A DNA stretch of 44,056 nucleotides. It comes from Faecalibacterium sp. CAG:74 (lineage in GTDB: Bacteria > Verrucomicrobiota > Kiritimatiellia > RFP12 > UBA1067). Below the pieces are notes generated by a model, which worked only from the letters and a program-made list of their open reading frames with translations, had not been told where the DNA came from and ran no database searches. How positions within the stretch are numbered: position 1 is the stretch's first letter; each line of letters opens with the position of its first letter. A program made the translations under genes and the position numbers. Below are positions 30,893 through 38,632 of the stretch, one piece after another. The stretch lies in assembly GCA_963588415.1 (NCBI GenBank), contig CAVAHB010000127.1, forward strand, positions 1-44,056, read 5' to 3'.

Positions 30893-30904
30893 GGGAGTCT
30901 ATCC

Positions 30905-31129
30905 TTGACCGAACTGATACGGGTCATCGCCGTCGTGGTGCTTTTGTGCGCCGCGGCGGCGGTTTGCACGCCAAGGGGACGGCTTCCGCTCGTCCTGCGG
31001 GGGCTGAAGCGGACGCTTGACGCGAAGCCGAGCGCGGCAGACCGGGGCGAAAGGGTCTCGTCCGGGCGGAGGCTCCTGGCGTTCGTCCTCCTGCTCGCGG
31101 CGGTTGCCGTTGCGCTTGTTCGCCTCTGA
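30905..31129 (+). CDS. small hypothetical membrane protein (two hydrophobic segments)
   Basis: 74-aa ORF with a TTG start and no recognisable family. It could be spurious. Confidence 0.25.
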   Translation: MTELIRVIAVVVLLCAAAAVCTPRGRLPLVLRGLKRTLDAKPSAADRGERVSSGRRLLAFVLLLAAVAVALVRL

Positions 31130-31195
31130 GCCAGGCAGACGCGGCAAAAACGTGCCAACCTTTTGTGCCGTCCGCCTGTATTAGGATGTGGAAGA

Positions 31196-32074
31196 ATGGG
31201 CGTAGCACAGGACATCAAGGACGATCTCAACCGCGGGGCCTTCCGGCTCTTCGCGGAATATCGGTCTTCGCTCTATTCCGAGGCCCTGCAACTTTGCCTC
31301 GGCAACCAGTCGGATGCGGAAGACCTGACGATTCGAACGCTCGACCGCGCCATTCGGAAGATTGCCTTCTTTGACGAGAGCAAGGGGCGCGTCATCGACT
31401 GGATGCGGCAGATCATGCGCAATCTGCGGAAGAACGACCTCGACCTGAAGGCGGCGAACGCCATTGTGGCGTTCGACCCTGCGGATATGGAAGCCTCGCT
31501 CGGCAAGGCCGATTCCTCGACCGTTGAGGACATTCTCTCGAAGAGCGACGACGAATTCCTGCGCCGAGCGGTGAACGCGCTCCCGAACGACTTGCGCGAG
31601 GCCGTCGTGCTCCACTACCTGATGGATCAGCCGATTGCCCAGGTCGCGAAGGTTCTGCGCGTACCGGTCGGCACGGTAAAGGCGCGGCTTCACTATGCGC
31701 GGAAGGTTCTGCAGGGAAAACTCGTGCAGGAAATGCGCCGTCCGCGCACGATCGCCGCAATCGCACTCTTCCTCCTTTCAACCATGACTTACGCCGCATG
31801 GACGGCGGGGTGGATTCCGCACGACCTGTTCGACGGCGCGGCGGGGGTGGAAACCGTCGCCGCACCCGCCATTGAAGTCGTCGCAAAGCCGCGCCCGTTT
31901 CCCGTCGTTGCGCCCCAGACGAACGCCGCGACGGCGACGGCGCAAACTGCGGCGGCAGACGAACCGTCGCAACAGGCGGAGACCGACGCGGCGAAAACGG
32001 ACGACTCGGACGACTCGACCGCGTCCGATTCCGAGACGATGCCGCCCAAGCCTTTCCGCATTCGGATTCGCTGA
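31196..32074 (+). CDS. ECF-type sigma factor with a C-terminal TM helix and an acidic Ala/Thr-rich extracytoplasmic tail
   Basis: ORF 31163..32074, trimmed to the ATG at 31196, with AGGA 9 nt upstream. Region 2-like AEDLTIRTLDRAIRK...VIDWMRQIMRNL and region 4 LREAVVLHYLMDQPIAQVAKVLRVPVGTVKARLHYARKVL are present. The TM helix is RTIAAIALFLLSTMTYAAW. Confidence 0.75.
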   Translation: MGVAQDIKDDLNRGAFRLFAEYRSSLYSEALQLCLGNQSDAEDLTIRTLDRAIRKIAFFDESKGRVIDWMRQIMRNLRKNDLDLKAANAIVAFDPADMEASLGKADSSTVEDILSKSDDEFLRRAVNALPNDLREAVVLHYLMDQPIAQVAKVLRVPVGTVKARLHYARKVLQGKLVQEMRRPRTIAAIALFLLSTMTYAAWTAGWIPHDLFDGAAGVETVAAPAIEVVAKPRPFPVVAPQTNAATATAQTAAADEPSQQAETDAAKTDDSDDSTASDSETMPPKPFRIRIR

Positions 32075-32091
32075 CGCGGCGCGGCGCACGG

Positions 32092-33792
32092 CTAAAGCCC
32101 CGCACGCTCGCCGAGTTCGGCCCACCGCTCGACCGCCGCATCCAGTTCGGCTTCCGCAAGGGGCGTACGCACCGCAAGAGCCTGCGCCTTCTTCGGGTCC
32201 GTACGGTAGAGCGAGCCGTCGGCAAGCGCCGCATGGAGCGCGGCGACTTCCTTCTCAAGTGCATCAATCTTCTCGGGTAGCGCGTCGAGTTCGCGCTTCT
32301 CGCCATACGAAAGTTTGCGCGGCTTCCCGTTTGCCGCGTTCGGCGCGGCGGTTTCGGCAGACTTTGCGTTTTTTGGCTCTGCTTTCACGGAAGTCGGACG
32401 CTGCCGCAGATAGTCCTCGTAGCCGCCGGGATAGCACTTCACCGTGGCGTCGCCTTCCAGCACGAACGTCGAGGTGACAACGTTGTCGAGAAACTCCCGA
32501 TCGTGCGAGACGAGCAGGAGCGTCCCCGAATAGGCGAGCAGTTGCTCTTCGAGGAGTTCAAGCGTCTCGATGTCGAGGTCGTTCGTCGGCTCGTCCATGA
32601 CGAGCAGGTTGGCGGGGCGCATGAAGAGTTTGGCGAGAAGAAGGCGCGCGCGTTCGCCGCCCGACAGCGCCTTCACGGGGGTGCGACACCGTTCGGGCGT
32701 GAAGAGGAAGTCCGCAAGATACGAGTAGACGTGCTTCTTCACGCCGCCGACGACCACTTCATCGCGGTCGCTCGCCACGTTCTCCTTCACGGAAAGGTCG
32801 AACTTCAACTCCGAGCGAAGTTGGTCGAAGAACGCCATCTCGACATTCGTACCGATGGTCACGCGACCCTCCGTCGGGCGAAGAGAACCCGTCAGGAGTT
32901 TGAGGAGCGTCGTCTTCCCGACCCCGTTGCCGCCGAGGATGCCCACCCGTTCGCCGCGCAGGACGTCCGCCGTGAAGCCCGACACGACGGGTTTCACTCC
33001 GTCATAGGAGAAGCCGAGGTTCTCGATTTTCAGCACGCGCACGCCGCCGGGCGCGGCCGTGTCGAGTTTGAGCGTCGCCGAGCCGGCGGACTTCCGCCGC
33101 GCCGCGAACTCTTCGCGCAACTTCACGAGCGCGGCGACACGCCCCTCGTTGCGCGTCGTGCGCGCCTTCACCCCGCGCCGAATCCACGCCTCCTCCTGCG
33201 CGAGTTTCTTCGACTTGCGCTCCCAGTAGACGGCCTCGTCCGCGAGCAGTTCGGCCTTGCGCTTCACGAACGTCGCATAGTCGCACTCCCATCCCGACAG
33301 TTCGCCGCGGTCAAGGTCGAAGATCTTCGTCGCCACCCGCTTCAGGAAGCGGCGGTCGTGTGTGACGATGAGGACGGCCATTTCACGGCTCCGCCGCAGA
33401 AAGCCCTCCAGCCAGTCGATGGCCGCCACGTCCAGATGGTTCGTCGGCTCATCAAGAAGCAGAAGGTCGGGACGGGAAAGCAGGGCTTCCTCCAGTATCT
33501 TGCGCCGACGACCGCCGCCCGAAAGCGCATTGAACGCCGCATCGCCCGGCCGGTCGTGCGGCACTTCCTGCGAGACATAAACCGTGCGCAGACCGGGTGC
33601 GCGGACGATTTCACCGCCGTCCGGCTCGAGTTCGCCCGCAATCACCTTCATCAGCGTGGACTTCCCCTCGCCGTTGCGTCCCGTCAGGGCGGCGCGGAGA
33701 CCCTTTGAAATCGAAATTGAAACGCCGTCCAGCACGGCCGGCCCGCCGAAAGCGAGGGAGACATCCCTCAGCGACATCAGGAAATCACTCAT
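32092..33792 (-). CDS. ABC-F family ATPase (Uup/EttA-like)
   Basis: 566 aa. Has two Walker A sites (GRNGEGKST, GGNGVGKTT), two LSGG signatures, no TM domain and a C-terminal coiled-coil tail. Confidence 0.9.
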   Translation of the reverse strand: MSDFLMSLRDVSLAFGGPAVLDGVSISISKGLRAALTGRNGEGKSTLMKVIAGELEPDGGEIVRAPGLRTVYVSQEVPHDRPGDAAFNALSGGGRRRKILEEALLSRPDLLLLDEPTNHLDVAAIDWLEGFLRRSREMAVLIVTHDRRFLKRVATKIFDLDRGELSGWECDYATFVKRKAELLADEAVYWERKSKKLAQEEAWIRRGVKARTTRNEGRVAALVKLREEFAARRKSAGSATLKLDTAAPGGVRVLKIENLGFSYDGVKPVVSGFTADVLRGERVGILGGNGVGKTTLLKLLTGSLRPTEGRVTIGTNVEMAFFDQLRSELKFDLSVKENVASDRDEVVVGGVKKHVYSYLADFLFTPERCRTPVKALSGGERARLLLAKLFMRPANLLVMDEPTNDLDIETLELLEEQLLAYSGTLLLVSHDREFLDNVVTSTFVLEGDATVKCYPGGYEDYLRQRPTSVKAEPKNAKSAETAAPNAANGKPRKLSYGEKRELDALPEKIDALEKEVAALHAALADGSLYRTDPKKAQALAVRTPLAEAELDAAVERWAELGERAGL

Positions 33793-33798
33793 GCGAAC

Positions 33799-34215
33799 TC
33801 ACTTCCACGGGGCGTGGTCGCCCGTCTTGCGGTAGAATACGATTGTAATGTCGCGGGCGACTTCGTCCGACCAGCTTCGCCTGTATTTCAGTCGCAGTTC
33901 GGAAGGCCCTGCAAAGCCGTTCTTGATGCGCACCGTCACGACCGCCTGCCCCGGCGCACCGAGAAGCCCTTCGCCGTTCGCCGGCCCGCGATGGCCGATC
34001 GTCACGTCCACGCAACTGTCCGCGCACGCCGCCGTCCATTCGTAGCCCGTCGTCAGGTTCTCGTCCAGCCGAAAAGTCCACCGATCGCCCGAACAGACCT
34101 CGATGACCCGGCTTTTCACCGGCTCCGTCGCCTCGTAAAGCCCGATTCGGCAACCCGGCAAGGCCGCCGTCAGGATAATCCACAGCACTATGAATCCTAT
34201 CCGTCTTCTTTTCAT
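33799..34215 (-). CDS. chagasin-like (I42 family) peptidase inhibitor lipoprotein
   Basis: 138 aa. Has the lipobox LPGC, and NLTTGYEW resembles the I42 NPTTGY motif. Confidence 0.65.
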   Translation of the reverse strand: MKRRRIGFIVLWIILTAALPGCRIGLYEATEPVKSRVIEVCSGDRWTFRLDENLTTGYEWTAACADSCVDVTIGHRGPANGEGLLGAPGQAVVTVRIKNGFAGPSELRLKYRRSWSDEVARDITIVFYRKTGDHAPWK

Positions 34216-34226
34216 CTTCGCCGCGT

Positions 34227-34235
34227 ATTATACCA
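34227..34235 (-). promoter_or_regulatory. extended -10 element TGGTATAAT
   Basis: Minus strand reads ATGGTATAAT, 11 nt from the ATG at 34215. It sits directly after the SDR stop codon. Confidence 0.5.
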
Positions 34236-34237
34236 TA

Positions 34238-34984
34238 CTATGCCTTGCGCGGAAGAAGGCGGTTCAGGAGTTCGTTGAGCCGAAAGGGAAGGATCGAAAG
34301 CCACCAGCTGGCGAGGCGCATTGGCCAGGGGAAGGCGATGAGACCGACGTTGCGCTCGACGCGCCTCAGGATGATTTCGGCGGCGCGGTCCGCCTCCATG
34401 AAGAAGGGCATGGGGCAGGTGTTCGCGTCCGTAATGCGCGACCGAACGAATCCGGGGCAAACGACGGAGACCCAGATTCCGTGCGCGGCGAACTGCTCGC
34501 GCAGGGCGAGTCCCCACGTCTTCACGCAACTCTTCGTCGCGGAATAGGAGGGGCACGCCCGAAGCGGTCCGTAGCCCGCGATTGACGCGGTGAGGACGAT
34601 TTGCCGGTGTCCCGTTCGCCGGTTCCGGAAGAGTTCGAGCGCGGGCAGGACGGTGTTCACCGTTCCGCCGATATTGATGGCGAAGGTGTTCCGCACGTTG
34701 TCGGGCGATTCGAAGCCAGTTGAAACGCCGGCATTGGCGAAGACGCGCTCAAGGGGTGCGATTTTGTCGGAAACCAGAACCCAGTCGGCGGTTGCGGCCG
34801 AATCGGCGACGTCGAGAACCGTCGCGTGAACCGCCGCCGCCCCCGCCACACGGCACTTTGCGGCAACTTCGTTCAGCCGCCCGCCGTTGCGCCCGCACAG
34901 GAAGAGCAAATCGCCGCGCCTAGCGCAGGCCTCGGCAAGTGCCGCGCCAATTCCCGAACTCGCGCCCGTAATCAACGTCGTCAT
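34238..34984 (-). CDS. short-chain dehydrogenase/reductase (SDR)
   Basis: 248 aa. Has the TGASSGIGAAL cofactor motif and the YSATK catalytic motif. Confidence 0.85.
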   Translation of the reverse strand: MTTLITGASSGIGAALAEACARRGDLLFLCGRNGGRLNEVAAKCRVAGAAAVHATVLDVADSAATADWVLVSDKIAPLERVFANAGVSTGFESPDNVRNTFAINIGGTVNTVLPALELFRNRRTGHRQIVLTASIAGYGPLRACPSYSATKSCVKTWGLALREQFAAHGIWVSVVCPGFVRSRITDANTCPMPFFMEADRAAEIILRRVERNVGLIAFPWPMRLASWWLSILPFRLNELLNRLLPRKA

Positions 34985-34993
34985 ACGCCCCCG

Positions 34994-36214
34994 TCATACC
35001 CGATTCGACGTTCGTCCCGACCCTTCTGCAAGCGCGGCAATCCGTGCGGCAAGCGCGGGAAGGTCGGGGTCGCGTGCGCCGCAGGTCGCAAACGCGGCAA
35101 AATCGGCCCGATGCGCTCCTATCCACGCAAAGGCCGCATCCAAGTCCGCCACCAATTCGCATTTCGCCACGCCGATCTTCGCCGCGAGCGCGTCGGAGTT
35201 GACCGAGCGGTCGGTCGTGCCGCCGGCATCGTAGACGGGCAGGAGGAGCAACTTATCCTGCGGGCGCACGACTTCGCCGAACGTCGCCGCGAGCCCCGTC
35301 ATCATCTTGCGGAGCGGCGCATACCCGTGCGGACGCCACACAACGCAGATTCCGCCCGAATGTCGTTCCGCGAGGGTCGCCCACATCGCCCGCAGTTTCT
35401 CCGGGTTGTGCGCGTAGTCGTCGTAGACGCACGAACCATACCGCTGAAGGCGACGCTCCACGCCCCCGAACGTCAGGAGCGCAGCCCGCGCCTCCTCCTC
35501 GGCGCACCCGAGGGCGAGCGCCATTTGAAGCGCAAGCCACGCATTGTTGCGGTTGTGCCGCCCCGGCGTCGAGACGTCGGCTTCGCCCGTCCGTGCCCGT
35601 CCGTCCACAAGCGGGCCCGGCAGATTCGTCACGAACGCATCGAAGACCGCGTCCATCTCCTCCTTCGAGTAGTGGTCGGTGCTGGCGTTCGTGACGATTG
35701 CCGCGTAGGGGTGGAACGCGACGAGCGAGCGGTCGCTCTCGTCCACTTCGGCGACGGCATATCCGCCGCGCCCGAAGCGCACCGCCCCCTCCCAGCCCGG
35801 CACGTTCGCACCGTTGACGCAAAACGGGTCGAAGCCGCAACTCGCAAGAATATGCCCCAGCATCGCCGTGACGGTTGATTTGCCGCACGTCCCGACAACG
35901 GCGATGAGGCGGTGGCCGCCCAACGCCCGCGCCAGCGCCTTCGCCCGATGCGTGACGGGAATGCCCAGTTGCGCCGCCCTCACAAGCCCCGGATTGTCCG
36001 ATTCAATCGCCGTCGAGACGATGACCTCGTCAGTCGCCGCGTCGATACCGCTCCCATCGTCGGGAAAGCACTTCACGCCGATGGACTCCAGAAAGGCAAT
36101 GTTTTTCGTCTGAAGGTTGCGGTCCGCCCCCGTCACCTCGTCGCCCAGCCGGACGAGCGCGGTCGCAAGTGCGCTCATCCCGACGCCGCCAACGCCAATC
36201 AGGTGCCGCTTCAT
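34994..36214 (-). CDS. Mur ligase family protein (MurC/Mpl-like)
   Basis: 406 aa. The N-terminus IGVGGVGMSALA and the P-loop GTCGKST are present. It is shorter than a canonical MurC, so the exact substrate is unassigned. Confidence 0.7.
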   Translation of the reverse strand: MKRHLIGVGGVGMSALATALVRLGDEVTGADRNLQTKNIAFLESIGVKCFPDDGSGIDAATDEVIVSTAIESDNPGLVRAAQLGIPVTHRAKALARALGGHRLIAVVGTCGKSTVTAMLGHILASCGFDPFCVNGANVPGWEGAVRFGRGGYAVAEVDESDRSLVAFHPYAAIVTNASTDHYSKEEMDAVFDAFVTNLPGPLVDGRARTGEADVSTPGRHNRNNAWLALQMALALGCAEEEARAALLTFGGVERRLQRYGSCVYDDYAHNPEKLRAMWATLAERHSGGICVVWRPHGYAPLRKMMTGLAATFGEVVRPQDKLLLLPVYDAGGTTDRSVNSDALAAKIGVAKCELVADLDAAFAWIGAHRADFAAFATCGARDPDLPALAARIAALAEGSGRTSNRV

Positions 36215-36220
36215 CGCCGC

Positions 36221-37921
36221 CTACCTCGTCGGCTTTCCGCCGGCCAGCGTCTCGGCGATGTTGAGGTAGTAGGATCTCACGCGCTCGTAGGCGTTGATGA
36301 TGTCGAGTTCGCCCAAGACCCGAAGCGGTGAATCGGGGTCGTCCGGCCCCACCCGACCGAGCTGGGCGCGGCGGCACTCCCTCAGGAACTCGTGGATTTC
36401 CCGCGACCGCTGCTGGGTCGCCTCGATGTCGATGACGGGACGCGGCGAACGGATCCACGGGGTCACTTCCTGCGCAAAAGCCTCCACCCGCTGGGCGACC
36501 TCAAGCAAAACGCCACGGGAAACGGGCGAAATCACCTGCCTGTTCTTCCGGAGCCGCCTGACGACCCTCAGGATGACCGCCGATTCATCCGACACGCTTT
36601 CCAGTTCGTCCGTAAGACGCAGCAAACGCCGCGCCCGCTCCGCGACATCCGCCGCAAGGCGTTTGGTCATGATGTTCCCCAGGAACTCCGTCACCTCGCG
36701 CTGGACGTTGTCGAGGATGCTTTCGCGGTGGAGGATGTGGTTCTCCTCGTCCTCGTCGGAATCCCCCGCAATGACCTTGCGGGCGCAGTCCAGAAGGCTC
36801 AGGTTGCTGTCGCGCATGAACTGGACTTCCTGCAGGGCCTGGTCGCAGGCGATGACGGGCGAGAGTTTCGCCCCGACCTTCAGCACGGAAAGGTGCGGCT
36901 TCTCGTTCTCCGGCTGGCGGATGAGCCGTTCCACGAACCGGGCGAACGGCTTCACGAACGGGAAAAGGAGAACGCCGCGGCAGACGGCGAAAATCGTATC
37001 CGTCACGGCAATCGGCGCCATGATGTGCGGCAAAACGGCGGCCTCGTGCCCCGAAACGATCATCGTCCCGACCTCGTTCCAGTTCGGGAAGAGCGTCTGC
37101 CCGACCTTCACGAAGAACGGGAAAAGCGGAAGGAACACAAGCGAACCGATGACGTTCGAGAGCGTGTGGGCGAGAGCCGTCCGCTTGCCGTCCGCCGTTC
37201 CGCCAATCGCGGCGATCCAGGCGGTAGCGGTCGTGCCGATGTTCGCACCGAAGAGGACGGCGATGGCAACTTCATAGGTGATGAGCTGCTGCTGGGCGAG
37301 GGCCATCGCGATCATAATCGTCGCGGCGGAGGACTGGATGACCGCCGTCAGGAGCAGTGCCACGAAGGCGACAAGTGCCGCGCCCGCAAGGGTCGAAGCA
37401 TCCATCTTCGCGAACACCGCGCTGATGTCGGGGTTCTCGCGAATCGGCGCGACGCCCTTGGACATGAAGTAAAGCCCGAGGAAGACAAGCCCGAGGCCGA
37501 TGACCGTCAGGCCGATATTGTGGATCTTCTCGCCGCGAAAGAAGAAATAGAGCGCACCGCCGATTGCAAGCCCCACGAAACCGAGCAACTGCGGATCGGG
37601 CGCGTAGGCGATAATCCACACCGTCGCCGTCGTGCCGATGTTCGCACCGATGATGACGTTTATCGCCTGCGGCAGGGTGAGGAGCGCCGTCGAGACGAAT
37701 CCGACCAGCATGACCGTGATAATCGACGAGGACTGCACGATGATCGTCGAGATGATGCCCGTGCCGACCCCGACGAGGCGATGGCTTGTCGCGTGGGACA
37801 TGAACTTGCGCAGTCCGCCGCCCGCCGTCGCCTGCAGGCCCTCCGAAAGATGCTTCATCCCCAACAGGAAGAGGCCGAGGCCTCCGCAAACCGTGACGAG
37901 GATCAGAAGGACATCTTTCAT
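36221..37921 (-). CDS. Na/Pi cotransporter family protein with a PhoU-like C-terminal domain
   Basis: ORF 36221..37957, trimmed to the ATG at 37921, which shares an ATGA overlap with the upstream stop. The GANIGTTAT repeat is duplicated, and the C-terminal helical domain resembles NptA/YjbB. Confidence 0.85.
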   Translation of the reverse strand: MKDVLLILVTVCGGLGLFLLGMKHLSEGLQATAGGGLRKFMSHATSHRLVGVGTGIISTIIVQSSSIITVMLVGFVSTALLTLPQAINVIIGANIGTTATVWIIAYAPDPQLLGFVGLAIGGALYFFFRGEKIHNIGLTVIGLGLVFLGLYFMSKGVAPIRENPDISAVFAKMDASTLAGAALVAFVALLLTAVIQSSAATIMIAMALAQQQLITYEVAIAVLFGANIGTTATAWIAAIGGTADGKRTALAHTLSNVIGSLVFLPLFPFFVKVGQTLFPNWNEVGTMIVSGHEAAVLPHIMAPIAVTDTIFAVCRGVLLFPFVKPFARFVERLIRQPENEKPHLSVLKVGAKLSPVIACDQALQEVQFMRDSNLSLLDCARKVIAGDSDEDEENHILHRESILDNVQREVTEFLGNIMTKRLAADVAERARRLLRLTDELESVSDESAVILRVVRRLRKNRQVISPVSRGVLLEVAQRVEAFAQEVTPWIRSPRPVIDIEATQQRSREIHEFLRECRRAQLGRVGPDDPDSPLRVLGELDIINAYERVRSYYLNIAETLAGGKPTR

Positions 37922-38478
37922 ATTGAATAGCCAATCAGAATGAGCGCAACACCCCACGCGGCACAGAGAAGCCCCAACGCCCTCATACGAAGGGACGAGG
38001 ACTGGAACCAGCGCATGCCGCGCTCAAGCCGCCAGGGATAGAACATGCCGTACATGCCGACAACCGCGCCGACATACGCCGTTACCACAAAAACGTGGAC
38101 AAGCCCGGCGCCACCGTTTTCCGGCAGCAGCAGCCGCGTCACCTTGAAGAGTTCCGCCGGCATCAGCATCAGGATGCCCGTCAGCGCCCGCACGGGGAGG
38201 TTCTTCGGCATCCAGATGAACGTCAGGAACGAAAGAACCGCCGCGAGAACCCAGACCTCGCCCGGAAACCGCTTCAGGATCATGTCGAACACGTCAATCC
38301 CGATTGTGTCGCACTCGTAGGCCGTCCAAAGCCACGCCACAGCGGTCAGAACCGCCGCGACAATGCGCGAACGCTCAAACCAGTCAATGAATCGGGAAGT
38401 GCTGCCGCTCAAAAGAAGCGCACCCCCGCCGAAAGCGAGGAGCGGAACACCGAGAATCAGGCCCCAAACCGTAATCAT
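37918..38478 (-). CDS. hypothetical polytopic membrane protein
   Basis: 186 aa with about 6 hydrophobic segments. It is translationally coupled (ATGA) to the Na/Pi transporter gene. No family was recognised. Confidence 0.55.
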   Translation of the reverse strand: MITVWGLILGVPLLAFGGGALLLSGSTSRFIDWFERSRIVAAVLTAVAWLWTAYECDTIGIDVFDMILKRFPGEVWVLAAVLSFLTFIWMPKNLPVRALTGILMLMPAELFKVTRLLLPENGGAGLVHVFVVTAYVGAVVGMYGMFYPWRLERGMRWFQSSSLRMRALGLLCAAWGVALILIGYSI

Positions 38479-38495
38479 GTTCTCAATTGAATGAA

Positions 38496-38569
38496 TGGAG
38501 GTGGGAAGCGGAGTTGAACCGCTGTAAGCGGATTTGCAGTCCGCGACCTAACCGCTCGGCCATCCCACC
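38496..38569 (-). tRNA. tRNA-Cys (GCA)
   Basis: Hand-folded cloverleaf. The acceptor stem is GGTGGGA/TCCCACC, the anticodon arm is GCGGA-CTGCAAA-TCCGC, and the T arm is AGCGG-TTCAACT-CCGCT. CCA is encoded. Length is 74 nt. Confidence 0.9.
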
Positions 38570-38584
38570 GGTCAAGTGGCGCAT

Positions 38585-38614
38585 AGTATACCATTTTCCG
38601 CCGCACTCCGTCAA
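38585..38614 (-). promoter_or_regulatory. promoter for tRNA-Cys (TTGACG-N18-TATACT with TGG)
   Basis: Minus strand reads TTGACG (38609-38614) then ATGGTATACT (-10 hexamer at 38585-38590). The tRNA 5' end is about 15 nt downstream of the -10. Confidence 0.55.
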
Positions 38615-38632
38615 TGGGGTGCGTACGCGCGT

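Noticed and set aside
31141-31158. A sigma-54-like TTGGCACGTTTTTGCC on the minus strand
   Set aside because: The GG-to-GC spacing is 9 nt instead of the required 10, and no minus-strand gene lies downstream.
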